DNA from: Chloroflexota bacterium
GTDB taxonomy: Bacteria; Chloroflexota; Limnocylindria; Limnocylindrales; CSP1-4
Length of the DNA stretch: 47,781 nucleotides
Reading direction: 5' to 3'
Assembly: GCA_021788175.1 (NCBI GenBank)
Contig: JAJYKX010000001.1
Location: 1 to 47,781 of the forward strand
Part shown: positions 11,645 through 20,441 of the stretch, one piece after another
Numbering within the stretch: position 1 is the stretch's first letter
Layout: each line of letters begins with the position of its first letter
Notes under the pieces: model-generated
What the model was told of the DNA's origin: nothing
Seen by the model: the letters and a program-made list of their open reading frames with translations, nothing else
Database searches by the model: none
Translations under genes and position numbers: made by a program

Positions 11645-13111
11645 ATGCTGATCCAACCGTCATCCCCGGATCCCCTCCCGCGGACGCCGCCCGAACAGCC
11701 ACACGACCCCGCCCGGGCCCCGGACGCGGCTCCCGCCCCGGCTCCTGCCCCGGTTCCGGACGTGGCCCCTGCGCCGGCCCCGGTCGCCGGACCGGCGCCG
11801 GCCGGGCACGCCGATGGCCGTCGCGCCACGGTGTGGCTCGCGGTGATCGGCGCCGCCATCCTGGCCGGCAGCGCCCTCTTCGCCGCAGGATTCCTCCTCG
11901 GCCGCCAGACGGTCCTGACCGACGGAACACCGCCCCAGCTGGCGGCCGATCTCCAGCCGTTCTGGGACGCGTTCGATTCGATCGAGCAGCGCTACGCGGG
12001 CCTCCCGGTGGACCGGCGCGCGATCGTCGAGGGCGCCATCTCCGGCATGTTCAAGGCCCTGGGCGATCCCTTCTCCGCCTACATGACGGGCGAGGCGTAC
12101 CGCGCCTCCCTCACCAGCGTGTCCGGCCAGTTCGAGGGGATCGGGGCCACGATCGCCACGGAGGACCCGTCCGGGAACCAGGGGTGCGAGCCGGCAGGAC
12201 CGGCGTGCCGGGTCGTGGTCGTCCGCCCCATCCCCGGTTCGCCGGCGGAGCGTGCCGGGATCCGGCCGGGCGACGGGATCCTGGCCGTGGACGGCAGGGA
12301 GGTGACCGGCCTGACGATCGACCAGGTGGTGGCGCTGGTCCGCGGGCCGCGCGGCACGCCGGTGAACCTGCGCATCGGACGCGGCTCGGCGCCGCCGTTC
12401 GACCTGCGCATCGTCCGCGCGATCGTCACCACCGAGGACGTCACCAGTCGGCTCGTGGCAGGGGGAACCCTGGGGTACATCCAGGTCTCGGGATTCGGCG
12501 CCGGTGTGGCCGCCGACTTCAAGTCCCAGCTCCGCTCGCTCCTCGCCAATGGCGCCCGCGGCATCGTGCTCGACCTGCGCGGCAACCCCGGCGGGCTCAT
12601 CGACCAGGCACGCACGATCGCGAGCCAGTTCATCGCCAGCGGGCCCATCTACTGGGAGCAGCAGGCCGACGGCTCGCGCACCCCGGTCGACGCCGAGCCG
12701 GGCGGAGTGGCCACCAGCCGCGCCCTGCCGGTCGCGGTCCTGGTGGACAAGGGCACCGCGAGCGCATCGGAGATCCTGGCCGGCGCCCTCCAGGACAGCG
12801 GCCGCGGCATCCTGATCGGCAGCACGACGTACGGCAAGGGGACCGTGCAGGAGTGGCAGCTCCTGGGGCAGGACATGGGCGGGTTCAAGCTGACCATCGC
12901 GCGGTGGCTGACGCCGTCACAGCGCTGGATCAACGGCACGGGCCTGACGCCGAACATCGCCGTCACGACCCCGGCGTCGGCCACGGCCGGCGGCGACCCG
13001 GTGCTGGCACGGGCGATCCAGGTGCTGTCGACGAAGCTGGCACCCGCGGCCGGGACGACGGCCGTGCCACGCGGCGCAGCGGCGCTTGCCTTCGCCGCCG
13101 GCAGCCGCTAG
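11645..13111 (+). CDS. S41 family carboxyl-terminal processing peptidase (Ctp/Prc-like) with a PDZ domain
   Basis: Pro/Ala-rich N-terminus plus a TM helix (WLAVIGAAILAGSALFAAGFLLG). PDZ segment: VVRPIPGSPAERAGIRPGDGILAVDG. S41 catalytic region: VLDLRGNPGGL ... LVDKGTASASEILAGALQD ... GSTTYGKGTVQ. An alternative in-frame ATG lies at 11573. Confidence 0.88.
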   Translation: MLIQPSSPDPLPRTPPEQPHDPARAPDAAPAPAPAPVPDVAPAPAPVAGPAPAGHADGRRATVWLAVIGAAILAGSALFAAGFLLGRQTVLTDGTPPQLAADLQPFWDAFDSIEQRYAGLPVDRRAIVEGAISGMFKALGDPFSAYMTGEAYRASLTSVSGQFEGIGATIATEDPSGNQGCEPAGPACRVVVVRPIPGSPAERAGIRPGDGILAVDGREVTGLTIDQVVALVRGPRGTPVNLRIGRGSAPPFDLRIVRAIVTTEDVTSRLVAGGTLGYIQVSGFGAGVAADFKSQLRSLLANGARGIVLDLRGNPGGLIDQARTIASQFIASGPIYWEQQADGSRTPVDAEPGGVATSRALPVAVLVDKGTASASEILAGALQDSGRGILIGSTTYGKGTVQEWQLLGQDMGGFKLTIARWLTPSQRWINGTGLTPNIAVTTPASATAGGDPVLARAIQVLSTKLAPAAGTTAVPRGAAALAFAAGSR

Positions 13112-13209
13112 TATCCCCTGCAACGAAAGGAGGTGATGTGCAGTGATAGACAGTCATTGCACCACCCCGCGGGAGGCCTCGGCCTAGCTCGCAGGTTGGT
13201 ACGCAACCG

Positions 13210-13236
13210 AACGCCGGCCCTCGGTGGGCCGGCGTT
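13210..13236 (+). terminator. Perfect 11-bp stem-loop (AACGCCGGCCC-tcggt-GGGCCGGCGTT) with no U-tract
   Basis: Read directly. It lies 99 nt after the ctp stop and is preceded by a smaller GGTTG-gtacg-CAACC hairpin. The terminator role is inferred; a hairpin without a U-tail would be a non-canonical terminator. Confidence 0.4.
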
Positions 13237-13407
13237 CGTGCGTCCGGGGGCCCTGCTCGCGTATCCTCATCGCTCGCCACGGCAGCGGGCCCTCCCGTGC
13301 ACGACGTGGCACCGCATGCCGTCGACCGGCCCGGCCCGGCCCACGCACCCGCCGCGACCAGCCCGCCGATCGAGCAGGGCCGGCGCACCGGCCCGAAGGA
13401 TCGTCAG

Positions 13408-13872
13408 ATGTCCGAGCACACGGTCACCGTCAACCGCAAGGCGCGTCACGAGTACTCCATCGAGGAGACCGTCGAGGCGGGGATCGTGCTGACCGGCACC
13501 GAGATCAAGAGCGTCAGGGCGGGGAAGGTCAACCTGCAGGACGCGTATGCCCGGATCGAGCGGGGCGAGGCGTGGCTGATCGGGGCCCACATCGCGCCGT
13601 ACGAGGCCGGCAACCGCTACAACCACGAGGCGCGGCGCACCCGCAAGCTCCTCCTGCACCGTGACGAGATCCACGAGCTCCTGGGGCGCACGACCCGGAA
13701 GGGGCTGACCCTGGTGCCGCTCCGCCTCTACATCACCGACCACGGACTCGCGAAGCTCGAGCTGGGCCTGGCCCGCGGCAAGCAGCAGCACGACCGGCGG
13801 CGCGAGATCGCCGCGCGGGACGCGCGCCGGGAGCTCGACCGGGAGCTGGCCGACGCCGATCGCGGCCGGTAG
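13408..13872 (+). CDS. smpB: SsrA-binding protein SmpB
   Basis: The sequence NRKARHEYSIEETVEAGIVLTGTEIKSVRAGKVNLQDAYARI ... YNHEARRTRKLLLHRDEI ... GLTLVPLRLY is the classic SmpB core. It lies immediately upstream of ssrA. Confidence 0.93.
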   Translation: MSEHTVTVNRKARHEYSIEETVEAGIVLTGTEIKSVRAGKVNLQDAYARIERGEAWLIGAHIAPYEAGNRYNHEARRTRKLLLHRDEIHELLGRTTRKGLTLVPLRLYITDHGLAKLELGLARGKQQHDRRREIAARDARRELDRELADADRGR

Positions 13873-13951
13873 GCGCCCCCGGACGGCCCTTCGCGGGACC
13901 CCGCACGGGCACAGCGCCAGGCGCCGGCACCGCGATCGCGGGGGTCGGGTC

Positions 13952-13980
13952 TTGGCGCAGGCGGCGTGAGCCGGTAGAAT
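13952..13980 (+). promoter_or_regulatory. Candidate ssrA promoter: -35 TTGGCG, 17 bp, -10 TAGAAT
   Basis: TTGGCG at 13952-13957 and TAGAAT at 13975-13980. The mature tmRNA 5' end is at 14007, which implies a short processed leader. Confidence 0.5.
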
Positions 13981-14006
13981 CAGGTTTCCGAACGGAAGTT
14001 CGGTAT

Positions 14007-14376
14007 GGGGATGCGTGGTTTCGACAGGGCCCGAACCCCAGGGAACGCGAGCCGAGGTGCCGTCTGGCCTCGTTAAACAGGCGGCAAACGAAGTAACTGG
14101 CAACCGCCAGCCTGCTCTCGCCCTCGCCGCTTAGGCGGTAAGGTGAGCGTGGAAGCAGCCTCCTCCCCGTGGGCTGTGGAAGCGTCATTCAGCGGGGATG
14201 CGGCTCCGGGGAGCGTCGCGTAGCCGGAGAGCAAGCCCGAAAGGGGACGCGACTGGACCGGACGGCACGTTGCCGATGGCGGGCCGGACGGTCGACGACA
14301 ACGCATCGGACACGCTCGTAGTGGTCCCTGGACGACGGTTCTGGACGGGGAGTTCGACCCTCCCCCATCTCCACCA
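14007..14376 (+). ncRNA. ssrA: tmRNA (SsrA), one-piece, with tag reading frame 14084-14134
   Basis: The 5' end GGGGATGCGTGGTTTCGACAGGG pairs with the 3' acceptor CATCTCCACCA. T-arm: GGGGAGTTCGACCCTCCCC. Tag ORF: GCA AAC GAA GTA ACT GGC AAC CGC CAG CCT GCT CTC GCC CTC GCC GCT TAG, encoding ANEVTGNRQPALALAA followed by a stop. Confidence 0.92.
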
Positions 14377-14390
14377 GCACTCATCGCGAC

Positions 14391-14427
14391 GACGCCGGTT
14401 CCGGGGCGAGGCTCCGGGTCCGGCGTC
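14391..14427 (+). terminator. Long imperfect hairpin after ssrA (GACGCCGG...CCGGCGTC outer stem)
   Basis: Outer arms at 14391-14398 and 14420-14427 are perfectly complementary, and the inner CCGGGG/CTCCGG segments pair partly. It starts 15 nt after the tmRNA CCA end. Confidence 0.4.
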
Positions 14428-14613
14428 ACGCATGTCCGGCCCCGGTCGCCGGACACCGCGCACGCTGCTTCGCCCCATTGATTCGCGCCCGTCGCGGCCC
14501 CAGACTGGTTCGCAACGGGCCGGCAAGCGTCCGCCTGCGCGGATGGTTCGCAGGGCTGCCTCGAGGTGGGCGCCGGCCGTGGCTCGCGTCCCGAATCACC
14601 GGAGGTTGACCCC

Positions 14614-15732
14614 GTGGGTCGAGTCGTCCCCCGCACCAGGCTGCTCCGCCTGGGCGCGGCCCTCGCGCTCCTCGCCGCGCTCCTCACGCCGGCCGCCCAG
14701 TCGGCAGTGGCCAACGCCGCCAGCGCCGGCACGCTCCCGCAGCACGTCTTCGTGATCATGCTCGAGAACCACTCGAAGTCCAGCGTGCTCGGCGACCCGA
14801 ACGCTCCGTACATCAACGCCCTGGCGAAGGAGTACGCCGTGGCGGAGAACTACTACGGCGTGACCCACCCCAGCGAGCCCAACTACGTTGCGGCCATCAG
14901 CGGCAGCAACTGGTTCATGAACGACGACAACCCGGCCAATCGGTATGACCACACCAACCTGGTGGACCAGCTCGAGGCGCATCACCTGACCTGGACCGCC
15001 TACATGCAGGCCATGCCGTCGGCCGGCTTCCTCGGCGATTCCGCCAACGGCGGCCTCTACGCCAGCAAGCACGACCCATTCGTGCTCTTCAATGACATCC
15101 GCAGCAACCCGAAGCGCCTGGCCAACATCAAGCCGTACACGAGCTTCGCCTCCGACCTGGCGCACGGCCGCGTCGCCAACTTCGTCTGGATCACCCCCGA
15201 CCAGTGCAGCGACATGCACGGCGGGGTCTACTCGGCGGTGGCCGGATTCCCGGAGGCGCCCTGCCCCTACGGCAACACCAACGACGACGCGAACGACGCT
15301 GCGCTCAAGCAGAAGGCCGACGCGTTCGTCAGGACCACCGTCCAGGCGATCATCCACTCGAGCGCGTGGGGCCAGAACAGCGCCATCTTCATCGTCACGG
15401 ACGAGAACGACTACACGGGCGACACGGCGACCGACGGCTGGGCGTCTGCGGCCGGCTGCTGCAACTCGCCGATTCTCCCGCCCGGATACCAGTTCCTGAA
15501 GTCCGACGGCGTCACGCCGGACGGCAACACCTGGGCCGGCGGGATGTACGGCGGCGGACTGATCCCGGCCGTGGTCGTGACCACGCACGGCAAGCGCCAC
15601 TTCCAGGGCTACCAGGCGTTCAACCACTACTCGCTGCTCAAGACGGTTGAGCAGATCTGGAACCTGGGCTACCTGGGGAACGCCTCGGACGACGTGCAGG
15701 TCCACTCGCTGCTGGGGTACCTGCGTCCCTGA
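14614..15732 (+). CDS. Secreted phosphoesterase-family protein (acid phosphatase / phospholipase C-like, Pfam Phosphoesterase type)
   Basis: GGAGG lies 8 nt before the GTG. Signal-peptide-like N-terminus: RLLRLGAALALLAALLTPAAQSAVANA. Family signature: HVFVIMLENHSKSSVLGD ... THPSEPNYVAAISGS ... CSDMHG. Confidence 0.8.
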   Translation: MGRVVPRTRLLRLGAALALLAALLTPAAQSAVANAASAGTLPQHVFVIMLENHSKSSVLGDPNAPYINALAKEYAVAENYYGVTHPSEPNYVAAISGSNWFMNDDNPANRYDHTNLVDQLEAHHLTWTAYMQAMPSAGFLGDSANGGLYASKHDPFVLFNDIRSNPKRLANIKPYTSFASDLAHGRVANFVWITPDQCSDMHGGVYSAVAGFPEAPCPYGNTNDDANDAALKQKADAFVRTTVQAIIHSSAWGQNSAIFIVTDENDYTGDTATDGWASAAGCCNSPILPPGYQFLKSDGVTPDGNTWAGGMYGGGLIPAVVVTTHGKRHFQGYQAFNHYSLLKTVEQIWNLGYLGNASDDVQVHSLLGYLRP

Positions 15733-15770
15733 CGTGCCGCGCGGCGGACATCCCGCCGCCCGTTGAACCA

Positions 15771-15802
15771 GTCGAGCCGGGGGCCTGCGACCCCGGCTCG
15801 AC
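15771..15802. terminator. Bidirectional terminator-like hairpin between convergent genes (12-bp perfect stem, 8-nt loop)
   Basis: GTCGAGCCGGGG (15771-15782), loop gcctgcga, then CCCCGGCTCGAC (15791-15802). It lies between the stops at 15732 (+) and 15833 (-). Confidence 0.6.
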
Positions 15803-15832
15803 CGTCTGTCTCGTGGATCCCCGCGACCCGGG

Positions 15833-17725
15833 TCAGGGAGCGGCCGACGCTCCCGCCGACGGGCCGGCGGACGGAGACGGCAACGCCTTCACCCCGACCT
15901 GGATCAGCCCGTTCACCGTGGCGTAGTGCGAGTAGAACGTCTCCTGGTGGATGACCGCGCCGGAGGCATCGGTGACCGTCCGGGTCACCCACGCGTCGAA
16001 CCCGTTCGACGCGTACTCCACCTGGTTCGTCTGTCCGGGCTTCAGCGTGGTCACGTCCACGTACTTCGTGGTGGCGTACGAGTAGTTCTTGATGATCGGG
16101 GTCGACAGCGTGACGGTCCGGCCGGGGTTGACGCTGAAGAGCTGGAACGTGACGGTGCCCGGGCCGTTGATCGCGTGGATCAGCACGGGGTAGCTCGTGT
16201 CGTTGCGCCAGGTCATGTCCTGCTCCCACCCGGTGCCCAGGGCGACGGTGGCGTCGAGGCCGACCGGGTAGCGCGAGATGTAGTAGTAGTGGTTGGCGCG
16301 GTCCCCGATCTCGTAGCCGGCGCGCAGCGCGGCGTTGAACAGGGTGGTGGAGGTGCTGCAGATGCCGCCGGCGATCGCGCCCGTCTCCTCCGTGTGGCCG
16401 TCGATGATGGCGCCGCCCATGCCGTAGCCCTCGGCGAGGGTGGGCACCCCGACCACCTTCCAGAAGTCGAACCAGGCCCCGGGGGCGACCACGTAGCCGT
16501 CGATCTTCGCAGCCGGGATGCTGATGTTGCGACCCCAGTAGTTGGAGATGCCGGGCACGAAGTAGGTGGTCCAGCTTCCGACCATGGTCATCAGCGGCGC
16601 CGTCTGCTTCGCCTCGGCCGTGGTCAGTGCGGGGGCCACGCTGGACATCACCAGCTGCACCGTGGGCGGCGGGCCGCCCACGGGCTGCGCGGCGAGCGAG
16701 GTTCCGATCGCCCCGAGACTCGCCGCGACGTCCAGCTGGCTGCCGTCCCGGCCCGCGAGCACGCCGACCACCGTGCCGTCTCCCAGCAGGTACGTGGCGT
16801 CCTTCGGCGCCTGGTTCACCTTCGGGGCGAGCTGGGCGAGCGCATCCCGCGCGGCGGCGGCCCCGACGACGGGCACGTATCCCTGCGCCGTCGTGGTGAA
16901 GGCGATCCACGTCCGCAGCGTGGCGGGGTCGATGGTGGCCGAGAACTTCGGCTGCCCGGCGACGGTCAGGGTGAGCGGCTGGGCCGTCATCCGGTCGGCA
17001 GCCTGGATGGCGGCGGTGGCCTCCGCGGTGCTCACCGCCGGTGACGTCGCGAGGTCGGTCAGGTCGACGACGGCCCGGGTGCCCGGTGCGGCCAGGGCCC
17101 GATCGGCGGCGGCGAAGGCCGCGGACTGGTCGATGGCGCTTCCGGCGGCCGCGCCGGTGACGACGAAGGTTCCGTCCGGCCCGAGCGTCGCCGACGCGTC
17201 GATCGCCGCCACGTTGCGGATGCCGGCGGCCTGCGCGATCGCGGCCTCGAGCGCGGGACGGCTGTACGTCATCCGAGCGCCGACGGTCTCCCCGCGGACC
17301 AGCGCGCGCACGTCCTCCGCAAGGTTCGTGGCCTGGTCGGCACCGTGGCCGACGGAGAACGCCGCGCCGAGCAGGGCCGGGTAGTCGTAGGAACGGCCGA
17401 GCTGCGCGAAGGGCACCTGGATGTCGCCTGCAGGTGCCCGAAGCACGAGGACGCCGTCCGTGGCGCTGGGAAGCCGCGCCCGAAGCGTCGCCTCGGCGGC
17501 CGCGCGGTCGAGCCCGCCGATCGGCACGCCGCCGACGGTGACGCCCGGGACCGCCCGGCCGGCGAACGCCTGCTGGTACCCGACCGCGAACCCGGCGAGG
17601 ATCGCGACCGCGAGCAGCAGCGTCACCGCGAAGGCCGCCACCGCACGCGGCCACGACGCGGGCTCGTGCAGCTCGATGCCCGCCGGCAGGTCGACGCCGG
17701 CAGTTTCGGCAGTCATCGTGCGCAT
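15833..17725 (-). CDS. VanW-family protein with an N-terminal TM anchor, PG-binding-like repeats and a G5-like C-terminus
   Basis: TM helix AVAAFAVTLLLAVAILAGFAVGY. VanW core: GGICSTSTTLFNAALRAGYEIGDRANHYYYISRYPVGLDATV. The start may instead be ATG 17716 (see the leaderless finding). Confidence 0.85.
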   Translation of the reverse strand: MRTMTAETAGVDLPAGIELHEPASWPRAVAAFAVTLLLAVAILAGFAVGYQQAFAGRAVPGVTVGGVPIGGLDRAAAEATLRARLPSATDGVLVLRAPAGDIQVPFAQLGRSYDYPALLGAAFSVGHGADQATNLAEDVRALVRGETVGARMTYSRPALEAAIAQAAGIRNVAAIDASATLGPDGTFVVTGAAAGSAIDQSAAFAAADRALAAPGTRAVVDLTDLATSPAVSTAEATAAIQAADRMTAQPLTLTVAGQPKFSATIDPATLRTWIAFTTTAQGYVPVVGAAAARDALAQLAPKVNQAPKDATYLLGDGTVVGVLAGRDGSQLDVAASLGAIGTSLAAQPVGGPPPTVQLVMSSVAPALTTAEAKQTAPLMTMVGSWTTYFVPGISNYWGRNISIPAAKIDGYVVAPGAWFDFWKVVGVPTLAEGYGMGGAIIDGHTEETGAIAGGICSTSTTLFNAALRAGYEIGDRANHYYYISRYPVGLDATVALGTGWEQDMTWRNDTSYPVLIHAINGPGTVTFQLFSVNPGRTVTLSTPIIKNYSYATTKYVDVTTLKPGQTNQVEYASNGFDAWVTRTVTDASGAVIHQETFYSHYATVNGLIQVGVKALPSPSAGPSAGASAAP

Positions 17726-17867
17726 ATCCTAACCGGACGATGCACAAACCGATGCCGGGACTTTCGGCCCACGGCCGACTGGGTCGCGGGCGCCCTCGGT
17801 CCCGGCGTCGGCGGCGGGCCTCCAGCCGCCGGACGGCCACCGTCCCGACCGGGAACGGGCGGGGGCG

Positions 17868-18947
17868 CTAGTCCTCCTGGCGGATGATCACCACGCGCCG
17901 GTTGGGCTCCTCGCCGATCGACTGCGTGGCCACGCCCGGCCGGTCACGCAGCGCCAGGTGCACCCAGCGCCGCTCGAGCGCGGGCATCGGCTCGAGCTGG
18001 AGCATGCGCCCGGTCTCCTCGACGTGGTCGGCGGCGCGCTGTGCGATCTCGCGCAGCTGCCGTTCGCGCCGCCCGCGATAGTCCTCCACGTCGACCAGCA
18101 CGCGCGTCCACTCGCCCATCCGCCGCGAGAGGAGCAGGTTGACCAGGTGCTGCAGCGCCGAGAGCCGCTCGCCCTTGCGCCCGATCAGCGCACCGAGCGC
18201 CTCCTTCTCGGCGCCCTCGCCGGTCACGTCGAGCTTCGAGGTCTCGCCCGTGTGCACGGTCACGCGCACGTCGTAGCCGAGGTGACCGAGGATGGTCTGC
18301 AGGATCTCGCGACCCGCCTCGAGCGCCTCGGGGCTGGCTTCCGCGGCCTGGACCTCCTCGCGCTCGGTGCTCACCGAGCGTGCCGCGGCGACCTCCGCCC
18401 GCTCGCCCTCCGAGAGGCTGACTGCGCCGCGCTGCTCCCGGGGTCCGCGACGAGGCGCGCCCCGGTCGCCGTGCCGCTCGAACCGTCCGCCGCGCTCCGT
18501 CCGGGCGGGTCGCTCGTGGTGCTCACCTCCGGCCGGTCGCTCCGCGCGCTCGGCCGTCTCGGTCCGCTCCGGACCGGCCGGCTGCCAGTCCCGGGGCCCT
18601 CGCGGCGCGCCCTCCCGGGCAGGACCCCGGCGGCCCCGTTCGCGGTCGCCGGCCCCGCCCCGCTCGAACGCACCTCGGCCACGGTCCTCCCGCGGCGGGC
18701 GTTCCGGGAGCGGCGGCAGCGGCTGGGATTCCGCCGCGGCACGGCGGGGCGCTGCTCCGCCGAGCGCGGATCGCGGCGCGGCGATGACCCGCGCGGGCTC
18801 GGCGCCCATGCCGAGCACGCCCCGGCTCCCGGGGGTCAGGATCTCGAAGTCCAGGTCATCCAGGCCGCTCACGCCGAAGGCCTCGCGCGCCTGGCGGAGT
18901 GCCTCCTCGACGGTCCGGCCGGTGAACTCCTGGTACTCGCTGCTCAT
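17868..18947 (-). CDS. jag: Jag/KhpB-type RNA-binding protein (Jag_N, KH and R3H domains) with a long Arg/Glu/Gly-rich linker
   Basis: N-terminus MSSEYQEFTGRTVEEALRQAREAFGV (Jag_N). C-terminus LEPMPALERRWVHLALRDRPGVATQSIGEEPNRRVVI (R3H). ATGA overlap with the yidC stop; the yidC-jag order is conserved. Confidence 0.85.
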   Translation of the reverse strand: MSSEYQEFTGRTVEEALRQAREAFGVSGLDDLDFEILTPGSRGVLGMGAEPARVIAAPRSALGGAAPRRAAAESQPLPPLPERPPREDRGRGAFERGGAGDRERGRRGPAREGAPRGPRDWQPAGPERTETAERAERPAGGEHHERPARTERGGRFERHGDRGAPRRGPREQRGAVSLSEGERAEVAAARSVSTEREEVQAAEASPEALEAGREILQTILGHLGYDVRVTVHTGETSKLDVTGEGAEKEALGALIGRKGERLSALQHLVNLLLSRRMGEWTRVLVDVEDYRGRRERQLREIAQRAADHVEETGRMLQLEPMPALERRWVHLALRDRPGVATQSIGEEPNRRVVIIRQED

Positions 18948-20206
18948 CGACGCCTCCCTCGCCGGCTCGTCCGGGCCCGTTCCCTGTTCGGCCGCACCGT
19001 GCCGGCCGCGCTGTCCCTGGGCAGGCGACGCGGACCCGCCTGATCACCCGCTCCGGGCGTCGGCAGCTTCGGCGGCGGCGGCGCGAACCTCGGGGTGTGT
19101 CCGACGGCGAACGACGGTGTCCATCCGAACAAGGGGAACAGTGATCCCCAACCGGCGATCAGATACTGCTGCACGATCGAGAAGACCGTGGTGACGATCC
19201 AGTAGATGAAGAGCCCGGCCGGCAGGAACGAGCCGTACACGAGCGAGAGGAGCGGCAGCAGCAGGAACGCCCGCTGCTGCGCCTGGGCCTGCGGGTCGCT
19301 GGAGCTCGGCATCATCATCCGCGTCTGAAGCAACTGGAACAGCGCGGAGACCAGGGCGAGCAGGCTGAACCCGAAGTTGATCACCGGGATCCTGAAGAGG
19401 ATCTCCGGTGTGCTCGCATCGAGGCCGCCCAGCCACCAGATGTGCGGCTGGATGCAGGGGGCGCCCGTCGCCGCCCCGGCCTGGCACGTGACGTGCAGCA
19501 CCTCGACGCCGAACACCTGCAGCATCGAGCTGATGTTCGGCGCCGTCAGCCCCGACGAGAAGACGGAGTACATGGGGAACAGGAGCACCATGGTGAGCAT
19601 GGTGGGCAGGCACCCGGAGGCGGGGTTCACGCCGCGCTCCCGGTAGAGCCGCATCTGCTCCTCGCTCACCTTCTGGCGGTCGCCCTTGTACTTCGAGGCG
19701 ATCGCCTTCAGCTCCGGCTGCAGCATCTGCATCCGGCGCTGCGAGACGATCTGGGCTCGGTAGACCGGGACGAGCAGGAGCCGGATCAGGAGCGTGACGA
19801 GGATGATCGCGATGCCGATGTCGCCGACGATGTTGTAGAAGAAGATCAGGACCAGGAAGATCGCCTGGAAGATGGGGGTGAAGGCCCACGCGATCAGGCT
19901 GAACGGGTCGGCGCCGTTCGGCTGGGCCGGGCAGAGATTGGGGTGCCGCGTGGGCGCCGGCGTCTGGCCGGGCTTGAGGCTGGGTGCCGGCGTGGCCGCC
20001 GGGTTGGGGCACGGCGGCAGGGACGCGGTCACCGCCCCGGTCAGCGGAGACGCGCTCGGCCCGGTGGCCGATGCGCCCGATGCAATCGGCGCGGGCGAGG
20101 CGCCGGGGGTGGGCGACGCGGCCAGCGCGATCGGGATGATCGCGAAGTACGCGGCGAGCGCGAGCGCCGCCGCCATCGGCAGCACGCGGAGTCGGCGGGT
20201 GATCAC
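18944..20206 (-). CDS. yidC: Membrane protein insertase YidC
   Basis: Motifs: RRMQMLQPELKAIASKYKGDRQKVSEEQMRLYRERGVNPASGCLPTMLTMVLLFPMY and LLPLLSLVYGSFLPAGLFIYWIVTTVFSIVQQY. The start is uncertain: GTG 20206 (VITRRLRVLP...), ATG 20176, or ATG 20251, which would overlap yidD. Confidence 0.88.
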   Translation of the reverse strand: MITRRLRVLPMAAALALAAYFAIIPIALAASPTPGASPAPIASGASATGPSASPLTGAVTASLPPCPNPAATPAPSLKPGQTPAPTRHPNLCPAQPNGADPFSLIAWAFTPIFQAIFLVLIFFYNIVGDIGIAIILVTLLIRLLLVPVYRAQIVSQRRMQMLQPELKAIASKYKGDRQKVSEEQMRLYRERGVNPASGCLPTMLTMVLLFPMYSVFSSGLTAPNISSMLQVFGVEVLHVTCQAGAATGAPCIQPHIWWLGGLDASTPEILFRIPVINFGFSLLALVSALFQLLQTRMMMPSSSDPQAQAQQRAFLLLPLLSLVYGSFLPAGLFIYWIVTTVFSIVQQYLIAGWGSLFPLFGWTPSFAVGHTPRFAPPPPKLPTPGAGDQAGPRRLPRDSAAGTVRPNRERARTSRRGRRR

Positions 20207-20234
20207 CTTCGTGGGCTGCTCCCTTTCCTCGGCG

Positions 20235-20441
20235 CTACGGCACGGGGTCATAGCCGCCCGGGTGCCACGGGTGGCACCGGGCGATCCGCCGCGCGCCCAT
20301 CCAGCTGCCGCGCAGCAGGCCGTACTTCGCAATGGCCTGCTCCGTGTAACGGGAGCAGGTCGGCTCGTAGCGGCACGACGCAGGGAGCCAGGCGAACAGG
20401 ACGCGGTACAGCCGGATCGCGCCGATCCCCAGCATCCTCAC
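20235..20441 (-). CDS. yidD: Membrane protein insertion efficiency factor YidD
   Basis: The sequence [61 protein letters not shown] is a full-length YidD signature. GTGA overlap with the rnpA stop. Confidence 0.88.
   Translation of the reverse strand: MRMLGIGAIRLYRVLFAWLPASCRYEPTCSRYTEQAIAKYGLLRGSWMGARRIARCHPWHPGGYDPVP

Noticed and set aside
13133-13492. 119-aa ORF spanning the ctp-smpB spacer and the start of smpB
   Set aside because: Beyond the first dozen or so codons the product is Arg/Pro-rich junk and overlaps smpB out of frame. Only the strong SD and the very short ORFs at its 5' end are considered further (see finding).
14377-17725. Genomic island integrated at the ssrA 3' end
   Set aside because: There is no integrase or recombinase, no visible second copy of the tmRNA 3' end within the window, and no obvious compositional shift. 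The idea is kept only as a low-priority check.
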